DNA of 64,000 bases from contig OZ241826.1 in NCBI GenBank assembly GCA_965202585.1, forward strand, positions 69,626,001 through 69,690,000, written 5' to 3'. Made by a program: the position numbers and the translations under genes. The DNA is from Thalia democratica. Its lineage: Eukaryota. The number at the start of each line of letters is the position of its first letter. Position 1 is the first letter of the stretch. A model generated the notes under the pieces. That model did no database searches, was not told where the DNA came from, and was given only the letters and a program-made list of their open reading frames with translations. Positions 37,801 to 49,975 of the stretch are shown here, in pieces.

Positions 37801-40800
37801 TTAATTCTAAGAATATTGAAGAATTAGCCGCAAGGCTAAAAAATTTCCACATAAGCACTTATAAATAATTAAAATTAACTTTTTTGAACAAAATATTGAA
37901 ACTGGTTTATCTAAATCTCATTCTAGATCTAAAAAAAAAAATACCTGAGATTTAAAAATAATCTTAAAATTTCCCTGAAATTTTTAGAAAAAAACAAAAC
38001 TGCCCCGAGTTAAAAAAAAGAATCGAAATACCTTGAGTCTTCCTGAGATTTTCTATAACTTGAAATTTCCTTGAGTGTGTGGCAACCCTGCATATTAAAG
38101 AAAACAAAAATTTTCAATACTTAAAAGTATGAATAATTTTTAAAATAATCAAATTAACATTTCTTGTATTGTTATGTAAATACAAGGTGGTTCAGTCCAA
38201 ACTAAAAAGTTTGAGTTTGGTTAACTTTCTTTCTATCAAAATTAGATTGTATTCTTTTTCAAACGTAGGTTTTTATAAAAATATGTTTTTAACAATATGC
38301 AATAAAACATATTATCTAAAATGTTCAATGATTTATACTTTAACTGACATTCGAAACTTTTAAAAGTAAACATGTTAGAAATAATGTGTAATGAATCTAC
38401 AAAAATATTCTTATAAAGTTCGTTGGTTTTAATTTAAATACTTCAATAATAAAAGTACAAGCAAATTTATATGTATATTCATGTATACAAAGAATTGAAA
38501 TAAAATTTTTATGCTTATGAAAATATTAACTCTCGATACTACCTAGAACAATTTAAGTTACCACTTTTTTAATTTGTAGGTGTAATGTGTCTTACAACTA
38601 TTCAAAATTAACGCTAATACAAAACATTCAAAAAAATTTAAAACTAAAGTTTTATAAATTAGCTAAATTTATGTTAGAAAGTAATTAAAAAATCAAAAAA
38701 AAATACTGTTTAGAAATCATTAAAACATTTAAAACATAACTTAAAAAAATTATCTATGCTAAACTTGTACTTTATTAAGTTTGATTTTCAATGTAAATAG
38801 TTTAATATTTTTCAAAATTTCGTTAGTTTAAAGATTCCTATAGAAGTTTAAATTTAAGTAAGATTTAAAAAAATAAAAACTGGTTTCAGTACTGCCAAAA
38901 CTATTTAGTTATAGACTAAGTATTAAAACTACACACACATACAAACACTGTTTGTTGGCTTTGGTTTTATAACTTTGTTTAATATAGTAACAGTTCTTTA
39001 ATATTTAATCTAAATTGTATTAATTTAAGGTAACATTACCTCTCAATGCTTTTAAATATGTTGTAGAAAATTTTAGCTTCTTCAGTATTGTGACTTACGC
39101 AAGCAACTACCATTGAAGTACTCAGTGCAGTTTCTAATCTGTTTTTCAACGCTTCTAAATGCATCAGCTGTTACAAAAAGTAAATTTAACACTACAGATT
39201 AAACTTTAATTCTAAAAACTTTTTCTCACTTTTATAACTTGTTTTTAAAGTTTTATATGTTATACAAGATTTAATACTCATAATTAAATATATATTGTTT
39301 AATTATTAAGAAAGAGAAACTTTGTTTTAAAATTATTTCAAACTTATCTCCAAGAGTACGCAAAATCTTTAAATAAGTAGTTATCTAAGTTGAAAATTAT
39401 AAAAAGTACAACATGTTATACAACTTACTAAGTAGCTTTAAAACTAAAAAACAAACTTTATCTTCATAATCAGGGCTGTTTTTGAGAACTTGCAAGCTTA
39501 CTTTCATTTTAGCAAGTTGTTCAGCAACTGCATTCATGTCCCCACTCCTGTATTACATGTTTTTTTATTTAAAAATTATTTTTAATAATATTACTAATTT
39601 AAGGTAAAAAGAGTTTTTTTCTATGAAATAGGCTCTATTTGATGACACAGCTTAACAAAACAAGCATGCTGTAACTGCTAACTTGAAAATGTCTTCAATG
39701 GCACTGGCAAGCATGGACCAGTTGTCAGCTTCTTTCAGTGCCTTGCAAGTTTGCTCCACTCTGTTCTTCACTTCATCAACATGCACCAGAACCTTCATTG
39801 AATGAGAAGTCTTCTCCTCAACCGCTTCTATCTCCTTCTTCACCTTGATATATGATCATTTTAATGATGAGTAAACATAAATCTTGCAGAATTCTCAATG
39901 CAGAGTCGTAAACTTCAATTTAAAACAATTATATTTAATCAAATTTTTGATTATTTGTTCAAGTTCAGCTTGGTTAACATTTACTTATCATACTTAATAA
40001 AAGTATGTATTAACTGCTGAAAATTATTTATAGAAAATAATTAAAAATCCTGTCATTCCAATAAAAACAAATGTAAATATCTTAATAAATGTCTTATTAT
40101 TTTTAATAAAAATTGTTTGTTAATTTAAAATGTAACTTGCTGTTTTTGCAATAGTTTAAAATTTGTTAACAAACAAAATATTGATAAGCAGTATAGATAT
40201 TTATACTATATAAATTTAAACTTCAGCTGTTTTGAATTAAGTATTAAGTAAGTAAGTATTATGAGTATAAATATTAGTTTTATTATTTTGATAAATACTA
40301 TTTGAGTATTTATTTTAACAAAATAAAAACGTACTAGTTTTAACAGGACTTCGATTAAATAACAAAATAATTCCTCGTAAAATGTCATTACAAAATGTAG
40401 TTTTATTAGCTTTAAAAATTTATTCAAATAAATATTTCATAACTTTATTCGAGTCTATACTTAATATTATTAGGTAACCAAAACACAACAAATACACAAT
40501 ATACAAAGGCGCAATTAATATTGTAATAAACTAAGCTTACATTTTTTAAACAAAATATACCACATGAGAACACTACTCAAATAATTAAAAAAAAACATAA
40601 GTAACTTAAGATACAGGTATACTTTTTTTTGTTAAAGTTTATCAAATAAACTTAGTTAGTTGTAAACAAATTTTAAACTATTAAAGCAATTGATTACTTG
40701 AAATGTATCAAATAAATAAACTAAAACTACAATATAAAACTAAATGAAAATTATTTATAACAGAAAAATCTAAATTAGTCTCAGGGTTAAGAATAAAATT

Positions 40801-42408
40801 GAAACTAATACTTCCAAAAAATAAAACATGTTCGTATATGATTTACAAATTTACGTTTGCAAACAAATCTAGCTATACTAGATTATTTTAAATTTTTCCT
40901 AAAAAACCAAATATTTTAATCTTAACAAGAAACTTGAAAAAAAAATGAAACTTTGATTCTCAAATTAATAAATACTGTTACACAACCACAACAGGTATGT
41001 TACCTTTGTTAAAAACTATTTATTGTTGATAGTGCAGAGATTTAAGATTATTATAATTTCTTATGTTGTATTAATTAGTTGTTGTATAAACAACTGACTT
41101 TATACTTTTAATGTTACCCAACTACCAACAACTACTAATGCACTATATCAGTTTTATTAAGGGATTTAATTATTATATACAGTTTTAATTTAAACCAGTC
41201 TTCCAAAAACCATTCAAAAAATTAACTTAATACAGTCAATAGTTATCCATAGCAAAAACAAAAAAAAATTTGAATATCTAAAGCATTTAATATTTTAAAG
41301 TTAACATTAAAATTGTGAACCACTGTGCAAGTTAAACATATATTTAAACTTTAAATATATTGATTCAATAGTTAAATTGAAAAAGAATACTTAAACATTT
41401 AAAACAATTTAAACATATTTATAAACAAATAACTATAAATTTTGATTACACTAGTACTTCACCTGGTACTTACACCAGTGAACACAAAAAAAAAACAAAC
41501 AAGTACTTTTCAAGAAACACCAACTTCATAGACATTCGAAAAATTCCGCTAATCTCTTTTAATTTAAAATATTTTAAATTTTTGAGACACCTTGTAAAAA
41601 ATTATTTAATACGAGAAATTTATTTTAACATAACAAAACTAGAAGAGAATTTTTTATAGTACTGTATCAAAAGCCAATACTGATTAAAAGTATCATAAAA
41701 TGTGATTGCAAATCTAATATTTTAGATTATTTAACAGCAAAAATAATAACTCAAGTTATATCAAAAGTATTAGTTTATCATATTTTCTGCATATTAAGAG
41801 AAAAAACTTAAATAAAAATTATATATGTTAAACAAATACATCTGCTACACAAAAGTAACTTTATTTGTTGAAAATATATATCTTAACAATAGTTAATTAA
41901 AAAGTAAATTAACTAATATTTTAAACTGAAATTTTATAAACCTATATAAAACAAACGTAATAAAGAAATATTTAGAAGAAAATACTTTAGATTTAGTAGT
42001 TCAAGAGTAACATTAGTTAGATTACCTAAATGTTAAATGAAACATTCTCAAAAATCACAATTTCATAGCACTTCAATACTTAGTCATGTATTCCATTCAT
42101 AATTAATTCAAAACTTAAAAAACATTAACAATATTAAAAGATAAATTAATAACAACCTGCTTCATTTGCTGACATAAAAAAGAGGTTTCTTGCTTTAATG
42201 TGTCAACATCTCTAAGAACACGAGGTAAATTAGAAACAGTTTGCTGAGATGCTTCTTCCAATGATTTGTTTACAACTTGAATGTAGTTTTGGAGCCTTGC
42301 AACAAGGGTGGTGGTATAAGTTTCACTGTCATCTGGTTGAGACTGGAATACACTGTTTACCCAGTCTTTTACAGAAAAATTATCATCAGAAAACTTTGAC
42401 AAGTCCAT
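34887..42408 (-). CDS. COG7: Conserved oligomeric Golgi complex subunit 7, 752 aa, 8 exons: join complement(42157..42408, 39683..39843, 39457..39547, 39040..39167, 36860..37488, 36658..36761, 35776..35943, 34887..35612)
   Basis: Starts MDLSKFSDDNFSVKDWVN. Contains LPRVLRDVDTLKQE, EADNWSMLASAIE, HLEALKNRLE, EDWTTFQNCVRIITTCG, IGQYLMTLPQHLE and QIVADLDYMNNVVDSLG. All seven introns are GT-AG and the total of 2259 nt is in frame. Confidence 0.95.
36106..36549. mobile_element. CAGGGTTGCCA-TIR MITE with a 6-bp TSD (COG7 intron 6)
   Basis: Perfect 11-bp TIRs, flanks TATGTT/TATGTT, internal CCAGG(TTTT) subrepeats. Confidence 0.85.
37664..38090. mobile_element. CAGGGTTGCCA-TIR MITE, second subfamily, 6-bp TSD (COG7 intron 4)
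   Basis: Perfect 11-bp TIRs, flanks CATATT/CATATT, internal TTCCCTGA subrepeats. Confidence 0.85.
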
Positions 42409-43068
42409 TTTTAATTTAAAGTAACTGATTTGATGACTAAATTACAAACAGTTTATAAATGTTTTGCATTTGTAAAAGAACAACTATGTTATTAACAATA
42501 TTGTAAAAAAATGTAAAATCTAAAACAATTTTTACAAAACTTTTATTTATTATAAATTTTGTTATAAAAGGCAACTAAACTTTTTATACCAATAATAAAT
42601 AATAATAATAAGTTTTTATTTAATTTATTTATATTGTAAGTTTGAATTAAATTAATTATAAAATACATAATAAAGAATAACAAATACTTTTAAAAATAGT
42701 TAAATAATAAACTAAAAATTAATATTTAACAAAACATAAAAAGTACTTTAATGTATTTTAGTATCAAAACTTAGATTTTAAATGTTGTTAAGCTATAACT
42801 TATTTTTAATTTAAACAAATAAACTAATAAATAAGGTTCTATTTTCAAAACGTTTAATAAACATATTTTTCTTTACAAATACAGACAATTTTTTTGTAAA
42901 GTTTCAAGACTTCATGAAATATTACAAAAACAATTAACTATAAGTATACAAACAACTTATATAGTAATCAAAAAAACAGTACAACAATTATTTAACTAAA
43001 TTATTATTTTGCATTGCAATAATTAAAAATGTAAATACATAAAACGATTTAGTCTCAAAATATAGGTT

Positions 43069-43575
43069 TTAGGGTTCTAACCACTGGTAAGCCCAACCAT
43101 CTTCACCAACATTACTGCAAGTGCTATCTTGTGATTCAGATGACAGAAAAAACAAAACTCTGTCATGCATTGACCTCCTTTGGTGTTGCCAAAATTCGAA
43201 TCTTTCAGGCTTAACTATAAAGCTGTTAGATGAAGTTTTCTCAATTACTCCTTCAATTCTTATTTGACGGTTTAAAAGTGCCCAGTACATAACAAGTGCT
43301 CCATAACTTGGTACTTCATCTGTACCAAACTTTTCATGAGTCATTATTTTGAAACTATCATTGCTATAATCTTTTAAATTTACAATTTGAACAGAGGGCT
43401 TACCACTCTCATTTACTGTTGCTAACCTCATGCTGTTTACTCCAAGGACTTTTGGATTCTGGTTCGCATCTTTATACCAAACATCAAACAGTTTGAGTGG
43501 ATTTTTACTTTCCATCAAAGAGTACAGTGACTTCTGCATTTTTCTATGCGCATAAGTATTTAATGATATTGCCAT
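43069..43575 (-). CDS. Pyridoxamine 5'-phosphate oxidase-like protein, divergent with an internal deletion, 168 aa
   Basis: PNPO-like motifs NPLKLFDVWY, MRLATVNESGKPS, YWALLNRQIRIEG, FEFWQ...HDR and terminal WAYQWLEP. The ~55-60 aa segment between RIEG and EFWQ is absent. The N-terminus is uncertain (possible upstream exon at ~43650-43700). Confidence 0.75.
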   Translation of the reverse strand: MAISLNTYAHRKMQKSLYSLMESKNPLKLFDVWYKDANQNPKVLGVNSMRLATVNESGKPSVQIVNLKDYSNDSFKIMTHEKFGTDEVPSYGALVMYWALLNRQIRIEGVIEKTSSNSFIVKPERFEFWQHQRRSMHDRVLFFLSSESQDSTCSNVGEDGWAYQWLEP

Positions 43576-46500
43576 TACAATTTTTAATTTGTTTCTTATT
43601 TAGACAAAATAATTTTTGAGTAGAATTATCAGCTGTTTGTAATACTAGGAAACGTAAACAATAGTATAGAATGTCTTTTTTAAAGTTCAACATCATGTAG
43701 CTAAATTTCCCCTCTGCAAAAATCAATACTTTACGATTTGGGGAAGCAAGTAAACCTTAACTTACAAGCTTTAAAAAAACGTTTAAGTTAAATAAAATTA
43801 ATACACAAACGAGTTTAAGATTTTTTAAACATTTTTTTTTAGTTATAATTTATTTCAAATATATAAAGAAAAATAAATTGTAGAATATTTAATTTAGTTT
43901 AATTTTTTTTTTCAAATACTAACTAAAATTTTTGAAAAGTGTTTAAACCTTTTAAGTAATTCAAATAAAAGTTACTTAATATTCTAGATCACTAAACTGT
44001 GTGCTTTTACTTGTACATGTGTCAACTTGCAGTTGTCGATCTTAAAATTACTACAACTGTACAACCATTACTACCAAGAGTCACGTCACAAAGCACTCGC
44101 AATAGTAGGAGCAGGCAAGTACGCAGGCAAAAGTAAATTTCGAATCCCTCAGATTTTAGCAGATTAAAAAACGTTCGATCGATACCGCAAATTGAATCGC
44201 CATGGCTTCCGATTAAATAATAAAAAAAAATTATAGAAATCATAATAAAAAATTACCAAACAATTATTCATAGCAACTTATTACTAAAAGTTTAAAGTAC
44301 TTTAATTTTATAGCCAAACATGCTCGTCAGAAATAGAAATTACACTAGTTGTAGGTGTTTAATCAAGCTTTTTACTAGATTCATCTTGCTTTATCTATTG
44401 ATGGGTTTAAGAAGCACTAACCAGAAAAATTTAACAAATATGTTGGAATATTTTAGGTGTTATGTAACTAAATTTTTTTAGTAACTTTTTAGATTATTTG
44501 CAGTTGTATTATGAGAATTTTGAGTTTTAAGTGTAAAGTGTGTTAATTTAACACCTAAGTTTTTAATTTTTTAATGATTAGAACATAATGAAAAGTTACT
44601 TATTTTTTAATAAATATTTCTACCTCTACTGCTTAATGTTTATGTTTCGTAGATTTCTCGTGTTTTAGTATTTTTAATTTTTTTTCTGTAATTATTTTTA
44701 ACTTTTATGGAACCAATTTGTATTTTCAAACTCAAGTTGAGAATAAATTAAGGAACATAAAATTTATTTTTTGCTTGAACGTTTTGTTTATTATGTATTT
44801 GTAATAAAAGTGAACGATTCTAGTTTTCATTTTCGGTAAAGACGGAAAACTCTCTCCCAAAAACTTAAGTTTAACAATAAAGAAAAGTTCATTCGATTGT
44901 TTCAAACTTTTATTTATCAAACTGAGAAAAGTATTTTCTTGTAAAAAAACAATAAATTAAAACTTAAGTCACATAGTGATTAGAATAACGAAACTGGTTA
45001 CACTGAATGTGTTGATTATTTGGTGAAATATAGTGCAATTCCGAGCTCAGCGAAGAAGCAGACAAAGCGAAACAACTGTAATTGTGACATAAGCATTTAT
45101 AACTCATCACATATCAAAGCTGAATAGTTTTATGGGAAAAAATTATAACATTAAACAAGTTTTGTATGTTTACAATAAAATAAATTCAATGTTGAAATCA
45201 TTAAGGCTATAGGTATGTATAAAGTAGGATTAAAAGTATTTATCTTACAAAACGACCTCATGAGGCACTTCAACAAGTAATTTTAATATTTAATAAACAT
45301 TATTTTAAAGACTTTTTCAATATTACTCTTAAAACTAAATTTTTTATTAAAACTATTGTTTGATAGAAATAAATTGAATTTCGAATACAATTTCAAGTAT
45401 ACATAAATAATTCAGAAAAAAATTTAAAGACTTTTTGTAGAAGTTACTCAACTCATTATAAAAATTAAAATTTGTTATTAAATTTAAAATTTTAAAATTG
45501 CCTATTTAAAAATTACCTCAACTCAACTTGATTTTATTTAAATAAGATAAAAATGGTTACTTTTTTAAGTAGCATTATTAAAATTCATAATACTTGTAAG
45601 TTTCTTGTATTCATTTAATAAATTTTTATTTTAACAAGTTAAGTATACTTAAATTAATAAAAAATTACTATGCATTTTCTAAAATAAATTTTGTTAAATT
45701 TTTAAAACAGTTGTTTATAAATTACAAATGAAACATAATTTAGGTAAAGTATTCGATATATAAGCCTAATTACAAGTGTCTAGTTATTGTTATAAACCTT
45801 TTATTTTAGCCAGCTCTGAGTATAAAGTTCAGTTATCACATTAATTAAAAACTATTAAATTATTTTTAAAAGTTTTTTGATATATTTTAAAACAGCTTCA
45901 GATAAATTACAAATAAGTAATATTTGATGTAAAGTACTAATTAGTATTTTGATAATGATTAACGAAGATTATTTTCGGTTTTCACTTTTTAGTTTTTCGC
46001 TTGTTTTAATTTTGAAAAGTAACTTTTAATTTAGTTTTAAAAATTCAAGCATTATTCTAATAAAAAAAACTGTAATGATAAAGTTAGATTATTTAAGATA
46101 AAATAAATGTTAAATAAAAATTACAAAGTAATACTATCTATCTAATATAGATATGGAAAATTGTTAAACTAAAATTAAATTATAAAACTTGAAGTATTTT
46201 ACAGTTTTTTATTTGGCATTGGTTTTAGTTTTTACGTAACTAAACTTTTTAGTTAATTTAACAAAGTTAAAGTGATACGACACCAATTAAAAATTAATAT
46301 TTCATCAAAGTAGTTGTAATTTTTTCTTAATCAAATAATGAAGTGGAGAATTTTTTTAGCTTGCAAAATAATGGAGCTATTGTGAATAAAATTTATCTTT
46401 TCTAAAAGGCTTATTTTGCTGAAGAGACTTTTTTTATAGATTTCTTAATATATATACTGCAAAAAACAATGTATGGACCTAGTAGAAAACTTATTTTTTT

Positions 46501-48080
46501 TTTCTTAAAATCTTAAAGCTCGAGACACGTATGGTAAGGGTATAAAAAGTAGTTTCTGATACTCCGTTCACTTAAAGGTTGTCTTGGAGTTGTTCTATTA
46601 AGTGTCTAAATATAAAATTTAGAAAAAGAACTGATCCTAGGGATAAAAAATTCTCGAAAGTATTTTAACATGACAAGCGCGTTACAATGATGACTTTGTT
46701 TTGAACAACTTAATGCAAACACGCTTTGTAAAAAAATTTTTGTAGAAAGTGTACCACAGAGAATAACTTCTCTGATGCTAAAATACACTCAAAGTAGTTA
46801 TAAAACTAATATATATATATTTTTTTTATTCTTGAATTTTTTCTATAAGCGTTAAACAATATGACAAGATTAAGTTTAATAAAGACAGTTAAAAATTATA
46901 ACTATATTGTTGTACAGCAATATAAACACAATTAAATTTGTTGATTAAGATTAAATTATTGTTTATTAAACGACAAAAAGTGCTCAAAACAATTTGTTCT
47001 CGTACCTGGTTTACAAAAAAAAAAAGATTATCGAGTCGTACACCACTTGGACACAATTAAACGATTTGTCCAAGACATTTAATAACTAAAATAAACTATT
47101 TAAATTTCCATCATCACAAGACTTAACTTACAAGTTTCTATGTTATTTAGACCGAAGCAATTTAGAAATGAAAAAAAAAGATATCTGTTTTAGCGTTAAG
47201 TTTACTGCTTAGATATAATTATTCAAACTCTTGTTCGAGTTTATATATTAGTAAAAATTTCCTGTTACTGTAAAACTTTAACTAAATAACACATTGTATT
47301 ATGCTTAAATTTTTAAATAAAAAACTAGTTTTTGTAGCAAGCTGTTATAAACATAGTTTATTCAGGTCTTTGTTAAAAAAATAAACATTTTATTTTTTAT
47401 AATTTAATTGAATTAGTTATAAAAAATAATTTTACTTTAATTTAATAAATATCTTTCCCTTGAACTTAATTATAATTTTCAAGCCAAGATCGATACTACT
47501 TACAAAATGACAGTATTGTTTTAGGTTTTGTAAATGATATCTGGTAAGTATCAAAAAGTGTTTTGTAGCTGTTAAAAACCCTAGTAAGTACTCATTTTTG
47601 AAATTTCACTACACATCTTTTTATTGTTTATTAAATTAAGCATTTTAATTTTAAATTTGTTTTCAGTTACAAAAAGTTAGATTTTGAATTCAATCTACAT
47701 ATAATTAAATATTATACGATTACATTTACAAAATGTTGCAATAAAAAAATATATAAGTTAACTTTGCTCTACTTCAAAAGTAAATAAAAAGCTAATTATG
47801 GTTTAAAGACGTGTCAATGGTAGTTTTAAAACGATTAAAAAACATGTTAAAAAAAAGTGTATTTAGAGTTTTTCTTTGAATAGAAATAATAACTGATTTA
47901 TATTCTTTTTTATGTAAGAGTGTTTATATTAACTTAATTTATGTTTGTGTTTTTATCTAATGAAATTTTATCTGTTTTAGAACTTTGTGCAATTTACAAG
48001 CATGGCTTATTTTATACTATCAAGAATATTTCAAAGCAAATGTATACCTCTTTGGTTATTTTTTACACTATACTTTAAAT

Positions 48081-49332
48081 AAGGGTTTCCCAAACTCATT
48101 TTCATAATCGTTCACTGTACATACTACATAGTTTAAAAAATAAGTATCTCCAAACAATGGGCCCAAATCGCGTTAAACTAGAATAATAATGAAACTTCAT
48201 ATTGAATCATTAAATTTAAACCTATTCAAATATTAAATTTTAATGTAGCCAAAGATTAAATTTATTAAATATATCCAACTGAATGATATTTTTTGGTAGA
48301 ACAAAAATTACCAGATCTTAAGTAGTAGCTAAATGAGTGGTTTTCTTTATGCTTTATTTATACGAAAAATAGGATCATTAAAAAAAAAAAAGTTATGCTA
48401 GGTTCATAACTTAACTATTTTAGTTATTTAACAGCTTGTAAACGTTTTGTAAATACTGTATTGTGTATAGAACTTTTTCAACAAAAAAGAACACTTTTTA
48501 CTGAATTTAATAAATTAAAATCTAAAAGATAACTTCTATGGAGACAGGTCAAATATGCACGAAGATACTTTTGCACGAAGGGACATTTTTGCACAAAGAC
48601 TTTTTTGCACGAAGAAACTTTTTCACGAAAGGTCAATTTTTCGTAAGTGACAATTTTGCACTAGAATTAGAATAATAATTAAAAATAACAATAATAAGAA
48701 AATAATAGTAATAAAGTTACCGTAAAGGTTAGGGTAACAGTGGTAGTAAAAAAAAAGGAAAAAAACAATAAATTAACAAAAATAAAAGTTTTAATCCGTC
48801 CAAAAGTGTTTCTTTGTGCACAAGTGTCTCTTCGTGCATCATTCACACATTCCCACCAACAAAGTAACTTAATTTTAAAACTTTATTAAAAAGTTGAAAC
48901 AAATGCAAAAACAAACAAGTTTTTTTTTTACGAAGAAAAAAGTTTAGATAAAACTATTAATTAAATTTTAAAACAGAGCTTAAAGCTCTTTTTTTCAATA
49001 TTTGAAAAGTAATATAAAACTTTTATGTTTTTAAATAAACTTTTACTTGACTGATGATTTTACAGATATTAAAGTTTCACCTAAGCATATCTCTTCAAAT
49101 CGTCAACTGGTATAAACTTTATTGTAGACGATTTATTTAATTTAGTTTAAAGCTTTTAGTGCAGTAGAGTATTGGCTTTATAGCAAAAAAAAGTTAAATA
49201 AAAATATTTTTTTCAAGTTACGGGCCCGCTTTATTAAATATCGCTCTTTGCTAGTTAATTACCCATTTAGTTTTAAGATTTTTACTAGTTATTGCTCCTG
49301 ATAGCTAAAGTTTTTTACTTTGAGAAACCCTG
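48081..49332. mobile_element. hAT-like non-autonomous element
   Basis: Ends (A)AGGGTTTCCCAA ... TTGAGAAACCCTG with 8-bp flanks CTTTAAAT/CTTAAAAA (6/8 identical). Confidence 0.5.
48541..48860. mobile_element. Small foldback-like MITE with TTTTGCACGAAG subrepeats
   Basis: Tandem (T)TTTGCACGAAG units at 48555-48660 and inverted units (CTTCGTGCA, CTTTGTGCAC) at 48795-48840. Confidence 0.65.
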
Positions 49333-49456
49333 CTTAAAAATTTAAAATTATTATAAATCTTCAGAAAATTGAGTAAAAAACATTAAAAAAAGTGTTAATT
49401 TGTGATCATTTAATGTAAGCTTTTACCACAAATTTTTTATATTTGTTTTTGTATAT

Positions 49457-49975
49457 AACTCATCAGCGATTTCCGAACACTTATTAAACAATTCTGATTG
49501 TGCAAAGAACTATAGTGATAGTAATTTTTTAATTAGAAGTAAAGCTCGTAATGATTATCACCTAAGTGTTTTAGAATCTTTATTTATAAAAACATGCAAA
49601 TCTAATTTGTGTAAGCAACAATACGTTTATAATTCTAATCTTTATAAATTGTCAGAAATTAAATTAAAGGAAATTTTAAGAGAATTTTTTTTTTTTTTTT
49701 TTGTTTGGTTTTATTTTAATTTTGTCGCTTATTTTAGTGTTTGTTTTGTTATTGTTGCTTATCTTAGTTAAATTACTGATCAACTGTGAATTGTGAGTGT
49801 CTAATTAATTTTTTCTCAATTATGCTAATTAGTATTAATTGATTTTTTCTTATGTAACCTCTAACTATTTATTTACTCAAAATTTAATCTTAAAATTAGT
49901 TGCTAACAAAAGTAGTTGAAAAGCGTTAGCCGAAATCGATTTTATTTTTGTTTGCATTAATAAAAATTGTTTTTG
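49457..49975 (+). mobile_element. Penelope-like element 3' fragment
   Basis: SSAISEHLLNNSDCAKNYSDSNFLIRSKARNDYHLSVLESLFIKTCKSNLCKQ matches the C-terminus of Penelope-type GIY-YIG domains, followed by a T-rich 3' region. Confidence 0.75.

Noticed and set aside
43544-43580. 35-nt mini-intron that might fuse the upstream ORF to the PNPO-like frame
   Set aside because: Splicing it would create an in-frame TAA, and it is implausibly short.
46500-46800. Possible Tc1 transposase C-terminal remnant (LCKKIFVESVPQRI)
   Set aside because: Only one short motif, with no DDE motif or TIRs. Too weak to call.
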